Assembly (NCBI GenBank): GCA_052145015.1
Contig: JBKQPN010000102.1
Coordinates: forward strand, 12,310 to 76,309
Source of the DNA: Terriglobales bacterium
Lineage (GTDB): Bacteria; Acidobacteriota; Terriglobia; Terriglobales; Acidobacteriaceae
Length of the DNA: 64,000 nt
Direction of reading: 5' to 3'
Position 1 is the first letter of the stretch. Every line of letters starts with the position of its first letter. A model generated the notes under the pieces. The model did no database searches, was not told where the DNA came from, and saw only the letters and a program-made list of their open reading frames with translations. A program made the position numbers and the translations under genes. Shown here one piece after another: positions 20,696-29,101 of the stretch.

Positions 20696-21331
20696 ATGAA
20701 GAGAGTAATCCGTGTGACGTTGGCGATGCTGCTGCTGGCAGCGGCGGCCGTGGCGCAAGAGGGCGCGTCGCTGCCGGCGGGAACCGGCCTGCGCATGAAA
20801 CTGGAGACACCGCTTTCCACCCACAAAAGCAAAGTGGGCGATGTGTTCACCGGGCGGGTGACCGAGGCGGTGGTGGTCAACGGCGCCACCATGGTGCCGG
20901 TGGGCGCGTCGGTGACCGGCCGGGTGACCAAGCTGAGCGAGCCGCGGCGCATTGCCGGCAAGCCCACCATCGCGCTGCTGCCCGACCGCATCGTCCTGCC
21001 CAACGGGAACGAATACGTGATCACCGCCACGGTGATGGACACAGCCAGGTCGTCGCGCACTACGGTGGACGATGAAGGCAGGATCCATGGCTCGGCTCGC
21101 AGCGGGCGCGATAACGTTGAAGCCGCGGCGGGCTCCGGCGCCGGCGCCGTGGTCGGCATCCTGGCCGCGGGAGCGAAGGGCGGCTTCATCGGCGCAGGGA
21201 TCGGATTCGGCGTCGTTACTACGCATTGGTTGCTTACCAGACATTCTGCCCAGCTTCCCACTGGAACGGAGATTTTTCTTGAGCTGGACCGCCCGGTGCT
21301 GATGGCCAGCGCAGGAGTGGCGGGAGAGTAA
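20696..21331 (+). CDS. Secreted hypothetical protein with C-terminal glycine zipper
   Basis: AGGAGG 7 nt upstream of the ATG at 20696. Signal peptide MKRVIRVTLAMLLLAAAAVAQ. Glycine zipper GSGAGAVVGILAAGAKGGFIGAGIGFG. Confidence 0.6.
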   Translation: MKRVIRVTLAMLLLAAAAVAQEGASLPAGTGLRMKLETPLSTHKSKVGDVFTGRVTEAVVVNGATMVPVGASVTGRVTKLSEPRRIAGKPTIALLPDRIVLPNGNEYVITATVMDTARSSRTTVDDEGRIHGSARSGRDNVEAAAGSGAGAVVGILAAGAKGGFIGAGIGFGVVTTHWLLTRHSAQLPTGTEIFLELDRPVLMASAGVAGE

Positions 21332-21362
21332 GTTTCACGTTTCAGGTTTCACGTTTCACGTT
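21332..21362. repeat. Tandem heptamer array (GTTTCAC/GTTTCAG x4)
   Basis: Read directly, immediately after the stop codon at 21331. Confidence 0.85.
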
Positions 21363-21388
21363 GGGGAGCGCCAGCTCCCCCTTTTTAT
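21363..21388 (+). terminator. Rho-independent terminator
   Basis: GGGGAGC-gcca-GCTCCCC followed by CTTTTTATT. Confidence 0.75.
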
Positions 21389-21401
21389 TGAGCGATTGAG
21401 A

Positions 21402-21428
21402 ATCGGGTCATCGGGTGATTGGGTGATT
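21402..21428. repeat. ATCGGGTS-unit array, one-armed copy
   Basis: atcgggtc atcgggtg attgggtg attg. Confidence 0.8.
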
Positions 21429-21461
21429 GAACAGGGGGAGGGTGCCGTCCCGTTCCTTACT

Positions 21462-21521
21462 CTGTCATCCCGAGCGAAGCGCGACGCGAGTTGGCGAGCG
21501 GAGAGCGAGTCGAGCGACCCC
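21462..21521. repeat. Solo arm of the GTCATCCCGAGC palindromic element
   Basis: ctgtcatcccgagcgaagcgcgacgcgagttggcgagcggagagcgagtcgagcgacccc is about 85% identical by eye to one arm of 49841..49981. Confidence 0.7.
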
Positions 21522-21553
21522 TACTGCACCGCGCGGGTTGTCGCGCCCCGCAA

Positions 21554-22396
21554 TCACGCCGGCCAAAGCGACAGCGCCGTCTTCGTGAGGATCTGCTCTT
21601 TCGCCGCCTCGGAGAGCGGCAGCGCGCGGAAATCGTCCAGGTTCTGCTTGATGTCAGGGACGCCGGGCCCGGGCCAGTCGGTGCCGAAGACGGTCTTGGT
21701 CGCGATCTCCTCCAGCCGCGGGAAATACTTCAACAGCGTTTTGGGCGGAATGCCGCTGATATCGAGATAGACGTTGGCGTGGCGGCGCACCAGGAAGAAC
21801 GCGGTGTTCATCCACAGCGGACGGCCGCCGTGCGCCAGCAGAATCTTCAGGCGCGGGAAATCCACGGCCACGTCGTCCACGTGGATGGGGTCGCCGAACT
21901 TGTTGCGCGCACCCGGGAAAATTGACGTACCGGTGTGGACCATCACCGGCACGCCGTTGGCTTCGGCGGCGCGGTAGAGAATCTCCAGCTCTTTCACGCC
22001 GTGCAGGTAGTCGTTGGGATAGAGCAACTGGTGCGGCGGGTGGACCTTGATCATGCGTATGCCGAGACGGAGCAGGTGATCCACGTCGGCCATGAAGTTG
22101 GTGCTGTGCCGCGGATGCAGACTGCCACAAGGAATCAGGCGGCGCGGGTCTTCCTTGACGTAGCCGGCGATGAAAGTGTTGACCTCGGGCGTGAAGCCGA
22201 TGACCTCGGGCGCCACGTAATTGATGAGCACGGCGCGGTCGATGCCACAGGCGTCCAGGTGCTTGAGGAACGCCTTGGGCGAGCGGCAGAATTCGCAGAT
22301 CTGGTCGAAGTTAGGCCGCTTGCGCTTCATCGCGGCCAGCGCGCCCGGGTTGAACATCTCCATGGGCTGAATGTGGATGTGGCAGTCGGTGATCAA
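21554..22396 (-). CDS. Amidohydrolase-2 (TIM-barrel metal-dependent hydrolase/decarboxylase) family
   Basis: 280 aa. N-terminal ITDCHIHI metal motif. IKVHPPHQ, VMVHTG, LLAHGG. TTG start at 22396. Confidence 0.8.
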   Translation of the reverse strand: MITDCHIHIQPMEMFNPGALAAMKRKRPNFDQICEFCRSPKAFLKHLDACGIDRAVLINYVAPEVIGFTPEVNTFIAGYVKEDPRRLIPCGSLHPRHSTNFMADVDHLLRLGIRMIKVHPPHQLLYPNDYLHGVKELEILYRAAEANGVPVMVHTGTSIFPGARNKFGDPIHVDDVAVDFPRLKILLAHGGRPLWMNTAFFLVRRHANVYLDISGIPPKTLLKYFPRLEEIATKTVFGTDWPGPGVPDIKQNLDDFRALPLSEAAKEQILTKTALSLWPA

Positions 22397-22471
22397 GGTC
22401 AGTGGTAAGTGGTCAGTGATAAGTGGTAAGCAATCGCCTTAACTTACCACTTATCACTTCCCACTTCTCAC
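22397..22471. repeat. Hairpin of tandem heptamers (AAGTGGT/CAGTGAT)
   Basis: Perfect 16-bp core: 22415..22430 pairs with 22443..22458, 12-nt loop. Lies between the FAD-subunit stop and the amidohydrolase start. Confidence 0.9.
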
Positions 22472-23448
22472 TTTCTTGCTGCTTCGAGAACGGCTCGCTT
22501 GGCGAAGACGCGAATCATCTCGCGGCGATATTCAGGCGTGAGCGCGGACGTGGTCAGCGGCTTCGCCGCGCGGGCGGCCAGTTCGCCAACCGCCGCGGCA
22601 ATTTCTTCGGTTACCGGCTTCCCAACCAGTTCCTTCTCCACGCCGCGAATCAACAACGGCGCAGGATTCACGGCAGTGATGGCGACGCGCGCATCTTCCA
22701 CGTGCCCGTTCGAGCGCTTAATCACAACGGCCACTCCGGCCAGCGGATAGTCGATGGAGCCTCGCACGCGCAGCTTGCGGTAGACGCCACGGTATCCGGC
22801 GGTGCGCTCGGGCACGAAGACGCGCGTGACCATCTCGTTCTTCGCAAGCTTCATGCGGGCGTCGCCCACGTTGGTGTAGAAATCGCGCAGCGCCAGACGG
22901 CGTGTGCCCGCGGGGCCGGCGATCTCCATCTCGGCATCAAGGCAGAGCAGCGCCGGAGGCGTATCGCCGGAGAAAACCGCCCAGCACTTGCTGCCGCCAG
23001 GAGCCACGTGGCAGAGGTCGCCATCCTTCTTGATGCAAAATCCGCAGGAGGTGCGCCAGGTGAGCGACTGGTTGTACCACAGGCAGCGCGTGTCCAGACA
23101 GATGTTGCCGCCCAGCGTGCCCATGTTGCGCAGGATGGGCGAGGCCACCGTCTTGGCGGCTTCGTGCAGCACGGGATAATCGCGCCGGATGAGGCCGGAG
23201 CGCTCGATCTCGGTGAGTGTGGTGAGTGCGCCGATCTCAGTACCCTGCCCTGGGACGTTGCGGACGCCGCGCAGTTCGGCGATGCGGCGGATGTCGATCA
23301 TCCAGGCCGGCGTGAAGAGGCGCTGCTTCATGGACGGAATCAGGTCCGTTCCGCCCGCGACGATCTGCGCGTCGGCGTATTTGCCGAGAAGTTCGACGGC
23401 CTCAGCAAGGGTTCGCGGGCGCAGCAGCTTGAAGTCGGGCAGTGACAT
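22468..23448 (-). CDS. Molybdopterin-dehydrogenase FAD-binding (medium) subunit, HcrB-like with Cys-rich insert
   Basis: AGGTDLIPSMKQ FAD motif. GGNICLDTRCLWYNQSLTWRTSCGFCIKKDGDLCHVAPGGSKCWAVFSGD resembles the [4Fe-4S] loop recalled from 4-hydroxybenzoyl-CoA reductase beta. Start is ATG 23448 or 23484. Confidence 0.75.
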   Translation of the reverse strand: MSLPDFKLLRPRTLAEAVELLGKYADAQIVAGGTDLIPSMKQRLFTPAWMIDIRRIAELRGVRNVPGQGTEIGALTTLTEIERSGLIRRDYPVLHEAAKTVASPILRNMGTLGGNICLDTRCLWYNQSLTWRTSCGFCIKKDGDLCHVAPGGSKCWAVFSGDTPPALLCLDAEMEIAGPAGTRRLALRDFYTNVGDARMKLAKNEMVTRVFVPERTAGYRGVYRKLRVRGSIDYPLAGVAVVIKRSNGHVEDARVAITAVNPAPLLIRGVEKELVGKPVTEEIAAAVGELAARAAKPLTTSALTPEYRREMIRVFAKRAVLEAARK

Positions 23449-23490
23449 GAGGTCAGTTGTAAGGTCGTTCGCGGTTACAGCCAATCCATT

Positions 23491-25842
23491 CTACGGCGTG
23501 CCGTAGAGACGGTGGTAGATGCCGGCGTTGCGCAGGATCGCCTGCACGTACTCGCGGGTCTCGGTGAAGGGGATGGACTCGACGAATTCGGCGGGCTCGC
23601 GGAAATTCCCCGATGAGCGCCACTCTTCCACGCGGTCGGCGCCGGCGTTGTAGGCCGCCAGCGCCAATTCCAGCTTGCCGTCGAACTTCTGCACCAGTTG
23701 CCGGAAATAACGCGTGCCCAGTTGCACGTTGACCCCGGGTTCCGCCAGCATGCCGACCGAATACCTTCTGACGTTCAGCTCGTGCGCCATGCGCTTGCCG
23801 GTAACCGGCAGCAGTTGCATCAGGCCGATGGCATCGGCGCGCGAGACCGCGGCGGGATTGAACTCCGATTCCTGCCGGATCAGCGCCGCCACCAGATAGG
23901 GATCAAGCTGGTTCTCCGCCGCGTATTTCTTGACGTCGTTCCACCACGGCCGCGGGAATAACGCTTCCCACACCGGGCGCGGCAGTTGCTCGATCTCCAG
24001 GCCGAAGTATCCGGGCACAGCGCGCTTCAGCGTCTGCAAGGCGCGATCGTAGCGGTCCTGCTCCTGGTAGAGATGCGCGATCTGAGCCAGCGCCCAGGGC
24101 GCGTCGCCATTCTTATTGGCCGCCTGCAGCTCCCGCATGGCCAGCTCGTAGAGCGCGCCGTTCTCCAGCAGCAGGCTCTTCTGGGCGCGCAGGTCGTCGG
24201 AGGGCAGCTCGGTGTTGTCCACGCCCGCCAGCGGCCGCAGCGCGGGAATGTGATCGAGCAAAGGATCCGCCACCGGATCGGTGCTGGGCGGGAGGCCGCG
24301 CAGCCGCGTGCGCGCCAGGTCGGCGTAGTAGTAATGGCGGAAGCGGTCCAGGATCTTCTGGTAGTAAGCGCGGGCGCGGGCATCATCGTGCTCGTCTTCC
24401 GCGATCCGTCCCCGCCAGTAGAGCGAAGGCACCACCTGGTTGGAGGTGGGATACAGTTCCACCTGCTTTTCGAACCGCCAGCGGGCTTCCGTGTTGCGGC
24501 CCAGGCGGAAACTCAGCCATGCCGCTTTCCAGTGCGCGTAAGGCGCGTACTTGCCGGTGGGAAAGCGCTGCGCCATCTCGGCATAGAGCGCGGCGGCGTG
24601 GTCGTAGTCCGGCCGCAGCAGGTACAGGTTGGCAGCCGAGAACAGCGCTTCCTCGAGCCACGGGCTGCTGGGATAACTGCCGCGCAGGCTGGAGAGCGTT
24701 TGCTCGACGCGATTGATGTCGGGGCGCTCCATCTCCAGCAGCAGGTACAGGCGCAGGGCATCGGGTTCGCCGGTCATGGGCGGCAGCCCGGCCAGGGCCT
24801 GCTGCGTCTCGTAAGTCCGGCCGCCGTGATAGAGCGCCGCCGCCAGCCCCACCCGTATGCCCGCGAGTTCTTCCGGCGGCGCCTGCTTCACCAGGGCGCG
24901 ATATTCAAGGATAGCGTCGGTGTGACGGCGCGCCTGGGCCAACAGCTCGGCGCGCGTCTTCTGCTCCTGGAAGGTGACCGGAGGCACGCCCGGAACCCCC
25001 GCCAGCGGCCGCAGCAGAAGCTCGGCGTCGGCGGCTTCGGCGGCCAGCGGCATGGTGTAGTAGATCCGACGCAGCGTCTGCGCCGCTTTTACCGGCTGTC
25101 CGGCCGCGGAGTAGGCGCGGCCCAGCACCAATTCCAGATCGGCGCGGGTGGGGATGCGGTGCGCCTCGAGCAACGCGATGGCCTGCTGCTCATGCCCGGT
25201 CGAGACCAGCGCTCCGGCGTAGGCCACCATGGCATCGCGCTCCAGCAGCGAGTCCGGATACTTCGTCTGGAACCCTTCGAGAGCCGCGGCCGCGTGGGTG
25301 GGATCTCCGGCGCCTGAGTAGGCGGAGGCGAGATAGTAGTCCACGTAGTCGCCCAGTTCGCCGGCGTGGGCGCGCGCGTTCTTGAGCGGATCAATGGCGG
25401 CGGGATACTGCCGGTCGAGCACGTGCGCGTATCCCGCGACCAGCCAGGCCAGCGAGCCGGCTTCGTCGTTGTGCGCGCGCGCGTACTTCTCCACCCCGGC
25501 ATAGGCAGCCGGGCCGCGATCCTGCAGCAGTTGGCGCGCCATCGGCTTCAGCGCAGCCGAGGCCACGAAGGCGCGCTTCACCCGCGTCACGCGGATGGGC
25601 GTGACGTGTTTCTTCTTCGCCGTCGTGGTTCTCTTCTTGGTGCTGGCGGGCTTCTTGGTTGCGGTGCTGGTAGGCTTCCTGGCTGTCGCGCTGGTGGGCT
25701 TCTTGATTGTGCTGGCCTTCTTCTTCGCGCTGGAACTCTGCGACGAGGTCTCGCCGCCCGATTGCTGCGCCGCCAACCTGGGCGTTACCAGCCCGGCGAG
25801 CACGAGGGTGAGAATGAAAACGCGACTGCGCGCGGCCAGCAT
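23491..25842 (-). CDS. Soluble lytic murein transglycosylase (Slt70-like) with Lys/Thr-rich N-terminal tract
   Basis: C-terminal LIRQESEFNPAAVSRADAIGLMQLLP and AAYNAGADRV (SLT domain). Superhelical TPR-like middle. The stop of the upstream gene overlaps the start (TGATG). Confidence 0.85.
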   Translation of the reverse strand: MLAARSRVFILTLVLAGLVTPRLAAQQSGGETSSQSSSAKKKASTIKKPTSATARKPTSTATKKPASTKKRTTTAKKKHVTPIRVTRVKRAFVASAALKPMARQLLQDRGPAAYAGVEKYARAHNDEAGSLAWLVAGYAHVLDRQYPAAIDPLKNARAHAGELGDYVDYYLASAYSGAGDPTHAAAALEGFQTKYPDSLLERDAMVAYAGALVSTGHEQQAIALLEAHRIPTRADLELVLGRAYSAAGQPVKAAQTLRRIYYTMPLAAEAADAELLLRPLAGVPGVPPVTFQEQKTRAELLAQARRHTDAILEYRALVKQAPPEELAGIRVGLAAALYHGGRTYETQQALAGLPPMTGEPDALRLYLLLEMERPDINRVEQTLSSLRGSYPSSPWLEEALFSAANLYLLRPDYDHAAALYAEMAQRFPTGKYAPYAHWKAAWLSFRLGRNTEARWRFEKQVELYPTSNQVVPSLYWRGRIAEDEHDDARARAYYQKILDRFRHYYYADLARTRLRGLPPSTDPVADPLLDHIPALRPLAGVDNTELPSDDLRAQKSLLLENGALYELAMRELQAANKNGDAPWALAQIAHLYQEQDRYDRALQTLKRAVPGYFGLEIEQLPRPVWEALFPRPWWNDVKKYAAENQLDPYLVAALIRQESEFNPAAVSRADAIGLMQLLPVTGKRMAHELNVRRYSVGMLAEPGVNVQLGTRYFRQLVQKFDGKLELALAAYNAGADRVEEWRSSGNFREPAEFVESIPFTETREYVQAILRNAGIYHRLYGTP

Positions 25843-26915
25843 CAACCGGGAAAATTCGCTCCTAGCAGAGAGGCGTCGTTGTCCGCGAGGATGCGGACCA
25901 GTTCCTTGGTAAAGTAGTCGGTAGAGGCAGCGGGAGTACTGCCGTACCGCTTGTGGTAGGAGGCGCGGCTCTTGTCGATATCTTCCTTGAGCCGGTCGTA
26001 GAGGTCCCGGGCGGCGCGCCCCTCCGCCACTTTGGCCTGGTTGTACAGCTTGATCTCATCCACCAGCAAACGGGCAAAGCGCTGGGCGCGCAGGTGGAGA
26101 TCGCGCTCCTCGGGGCTCCAGTCCGATTCCGGAGTGGCGACGGCGATGGCCGTCCTGGAGGCAGCGGGCGCGGCCTGCTGTGAGGCGGCGTGCGGTGGGG
26201 CGGAGGCGGCCACGGCGGCCGCTCGCTCCGGCGTCACCGAGGCCACCGTCACCTGCGACCGCTCGGGCGCCGGCGGCGCCGGCTCCGGTGCTGGAGCGCC
26301 TCCTATCATGGCTTTGCGCAGCGCCAGCACTTCCAGCCACATGCCGGCGGAGCGCATCAGCAGCTTGAGCGCGGACACATCGAGCTTGCCGCCCTCCAGC
26401 CCGCAGTCCGAATACACCAGGGCGGAAACTTTTTCGCGCAGCACCAGCGGCAACAGGATGGCGTTGCCTCCGGCGGCGTGTCCGACCCGGGCCAGGAAGT
26501 TGGGATCGAAATCCAGGCCGGCCGCACCTGGGACGCGCTCGTGCACCACCCGCGCGACCACGGCGTCGGTCAGGTTGAGGTTGAAGTTGCGCAGGCCGTT
26601 GTCGTCGGGAAATCCGCGCGCCTGCCACACCGTGGCGGTCTCGCCGCGCACCACGAACAGGGCTACGCGCCCGCTGAAGCGGGCCGCGAAATCCAGCAGC
26701 ACATTGAGAATGTCGGCTTGCGAGGTAACGTCCTGCAGCGCCGCCAGCGCGGCTTCCAGCACTGCCGACGCGGCTCCGCCCTCGCTGGCGCCGGCGGCCG
26801 GCAGCTCGGCTATGACCCGCCGCACCATCTCCTGGCGGATCTCCGGCAGGTGGCGCGCCAGCACCTCCGATACCACCCGCTCCGCGATGAATTCGATCTG
26901 TTTGGAATCCTGCAT
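25842..26915 (-). CDS. Hypothetical GAF-like protein with conserved helical C-terminus
   Basis: ATG at 26915 (MQDSKQIEF). The central region looks GAF-like (ILNVLLDFAARFSGRVALFVV...ALVYSD). Ala/Pro linker. C-terminal FARLLVDEIKLYNQAKVAEGR. Confidence 0.55.
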   Translation of the reverse strand: MQDSKQIEFIAERVVSEVLARHLPEIRQEMVRRVIAELPAAGASEGGAASAVLEAALAALQDVTSQADILNVLLDFAARFSGRVALFVVRGETATVWQARGFPDDNGLRNFNLNLTDAVVARVVHERVPGAAGLDFDPNFLARVGHAAGGNAILLPLVLREKVSALVYSDCGLEGGKLDVSALKLLMRSAGMWLEVLALRKAMIGGAPAPEPAPPAPERSQVTVASVTPERAAAVAASAPPHAASQQAAPAASRTAIAVATPESDWSPEERDLHLRAQRFARLLVDEIKLYNQAKVAEGRAARDLYDRLKEDIDKSRASYHKRYGSTPAASTDYFTKELVRILADNDASLLGANFPG

Positions 26916-27089
26916 GAAAAGTGAAACGCGGCGCTCCCTGTGTAGTGCGGTAGCTCTGTAGCGATTATAGAGCCAAATCCATCCCCGCCCAACGGGGGGC
27001 ACCAAAGCGCTAAACGGACGGGAAGTGGACTTCGGTGTTCTAACGATATGTCGAGATGCGGCCAAAAACACGTCCAAAGGCGACGGTGC

Positions 27090-27120
27090 CCCACATCTGC
27101 CCGACTTTGGCAGATGTGGG
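27090..27120. other. Perfect 12-bp hairpin in a 380-bp divergent intergenic region
   Basis: CCCACATCTGCC-cgacttt-GGCAGATGTGGG followed by TATTTCC. Confidence 0.8.
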
Positions 27121-27295
27121 TATTTCCAGCCCAGGATCCGCGCTCATATTTCCTGCCCACCAAAGCCTGGTGCACCCGTCCAAACCGTATGGCTTTGCGT
27201 ACATAGAGAAGATGAGGTGCGCGTGGACTCGCCGAGCGCCCCAGAACCAGCTACAATAGCCAATTCGATTGCACGAAATTGTGCATCCGGGGACC

Positions 27296-27928
27296 ATGGC
27301 GATCATCGAAACAAAGGCAAGGGACGCAGCAGCGACGGACGAGCTGGCGCTGGTACAGGCCGCCAAGCGCGGCGATGTAGCGGCGTTTGAACAACTGGTC
27401 AAGCGGTATGACCGGAACATCTTCCGCATCGCGCAGCACATCACGCAGAACCGCGAGGATGCGGAAGACGTGGTGCAGGATGCGTTCCTGAAAGCGTACG
27501 AAAACCTGGAGCAGTTCCAGGGGAACTCGAAGTTTTATACCTGGCTGGTCCGGATCGCGGTGAACGAGTCGCTGATGAAGTTGCGGCGGCGCCGCTCCAA
27601 CCGCACGGTGTCGCTGGACGAGGATATCCAGACGGAAGAGGACACCATGCCGCGCGAAGTCGCGGACTGGTCGCCGAATCCGGAGCAGCTCTACAAGCAG
27701 GGCGAGCTCAAGGACATCCTGCGCAAGACGGTCCAGGGGCTGCCGGCCAGTTTTCGCACGGTGTTCGTGCTGCGGGACGTAGAGGGCCTCTCCACCGAAG
27801 AGACGGCGGAGGCCTTGGACCTGAGTATCCCTGCGGTGAAGTCCAGGCTGCTGCGGGCGCGCTTGCAGTTGCGGGAACGGCTGAACAAATACTTCAGGAA
27901 ACCCAAGGGCGGAGACGGTAAAAAGTGA
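27296..27928 (+). CDS. ECF-type RNA polymerase sigma-70 family factor
   Basis: Region 2: DAEDVVQDAFLKAYENL..FYTWLVRIAVNESL. Region 4: FVLRDVEGLSTEETAEALDLSIPAVKSRL. Start is ATG 27296 or TTG 27269. Confidence 0.9.
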   Translation: MAIIETKARDAAATDELALVQAAKRGDVAAFEQLVKRYDRNIFRIAQHITQNREDAEDVVQDAFLKAYENLEQFQGNSKFYTWLVRIAVNESLMKLRRRRSNRTVSLDEDIQTEEDTMPREVADWSPNPEQLYKQGELKDILRKTVQGLPASFRTVFVLRDVEGLSTEETAEALDLSIPAVKSRLLRARLQLRERLNKYFRKPKGGDGKK

Positions 27929-28176
27929 CGTGCACGGATTTCCTTAAAGAACTGACCGACTACCTGGACGCCACCATCGACGCCAGCACACAAGCGGAAC
28001 TGGAAGACCATCTCGCCTGGTGCCACAACTGCTACGTTATCTGCAACACCACCAAGAAGACCATCGAGATCTACCGCGACTCCCAACTGTACGAACTTCC
28101 CGAAGACCTCCGCACCAGACTCGAAGTCGCCATCCTCGGCAAGTGCACGGCCAAGAAAAAGCGCTCCACCACGTAG
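27925..28176 (+). CDS. Soluble zinc-binding anti-sigma factor (ZAS, RsrA-like)
   Basis: 83 aa, no TM helix. Cys3 plus H29-x3-C33-x2-C36 (HLAWCHNC). GTGA overlap with the sigma gene stop. Confidence 0.75.
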   Translation: MTCTDFLKELTDYLDATIDASTQAELEDHLAWCHNCYVICNTTKKTIEIYRDSQLYELPEDLRTRLEVAILGKCTAKKKRSTT

Positions 28177-28463
28177 GCGTCTCAAAAAGACATGCCGGCG
28201 GCACCATCGCGCCAGTGGTCTGCAAGATCATGTAGCCACGCCACATGCGCCTTCATGGGACTGACGGCTCCAGATTCGGAGGGCTGCGTCTTTTACCTGT
28301 GCAAAACATAGATTTGCAGTTGGCTGAATTTGTGGCAAACTGAGCGCTCCTTTTTCCGGGTTCCTGAATCTAATCAGCTAGGCAACCTAAAATTTGGGTC
28401 TCCCAAGGCGGGACCGACCAGGGCCTCCGGGTCTATGGGTCGGAGGCACAAGGGGTGTGGTAG

Positions 28464-28697
28464 ATGCTTGCGAATGTTTTCGACGCGCTGTTCGGTTGCT
28501 GGCACAAGAACTACACTTTCCCCAGAAGCATTCGGCGTGGGGAACGTTCCCCGGTGGCATCGGTGACCGGAACCTACGTGGTCTGCCTGGACTGTGGGAA
28601 AGAACTGCCATACGACTGGAACTCGATGAAGATCGTGTCGGCGCCGCAGGAAGCGCCGGGCATTGTGGAGACGGTAGAGTCGTACGTCGGGAAGTAA
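28464..28697 (+). CDS. Small Cys-containing hypothetical protein (zinc-ribbon-like, 77 aa)
   Basis: GCWH...CLDCG. AAGGGG about 10 nt upstream of the ATG. Confidence 0.5.
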   Translation: MLANVFDALFGCWHKNYTFPRSIRRGERSPVASVTGTYVVCLDCGKELPYDWNSMKIVSAPQEAPGIVETVESYVGK

Positions 28698-28848
28698 GCG
28701 CCGGACACGGCCCCCCGCGCCAGCGTTTGAGGGTCTAGTCTTTTTCCCTTTGTGATTGTACCCGCTTGGCCGATAATGCCGCTCCCCTTGGGCGTGACTG
28801 CCCAGATTTTTCTGCCGGGCTAACCCCGCGCCCGGATTCAGGTCCCTT

Positions 28849-29073
28849 GTGGAGATGCCCATGACGATAGCGGCTTCCCAGGCTCGCTTTGGCTGGCTTC
28901 GCACCCGCGGGCTGCGGCTGATCTTCTTCTTCGCTTACGCCCTGATGGTGCTGATGATCCTGGAGCAGGGACGCATCATCCACGCCCAACAGTTGCTGAT
29001 CCGCCAACTCTACCCGGACAGCGTGGAACTGAACTCCGCGCGCGCGCGCCTGCACCAGCAGGCGCATCACTGA
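28849..29073 (+). CDS. Small single-TM hypothetical protein
   Basis: 74 aa with one hydrophobic helix (LRLIFFFAYALMVLMIL). Start uncertain (GTG 28849, ATG 28855 or 28861). Confidence 0.35.
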   Translation: MEMPMTIAASQARFGWLRTRGLRLIFFFAYALMVLMILEQGRIIHAQQLLIRQLYPDSVELNSARARLHQQAHH

Positions 29074-29101
29074 TCCCACCCACCGCGATTATGATGTCGT
29101 G

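Noticed and set aside
27244-27270. Possible autoregulated ECF promoter (GAACC-N18-TCGA) and TGCAC-N6-GTGCA palindrome upstream of the sigma gene
   Set aside because: The match to ECF -35/-10 consensus is weak and the spacing uncertain. It cannot be supported without TSS data or comparative motifs.
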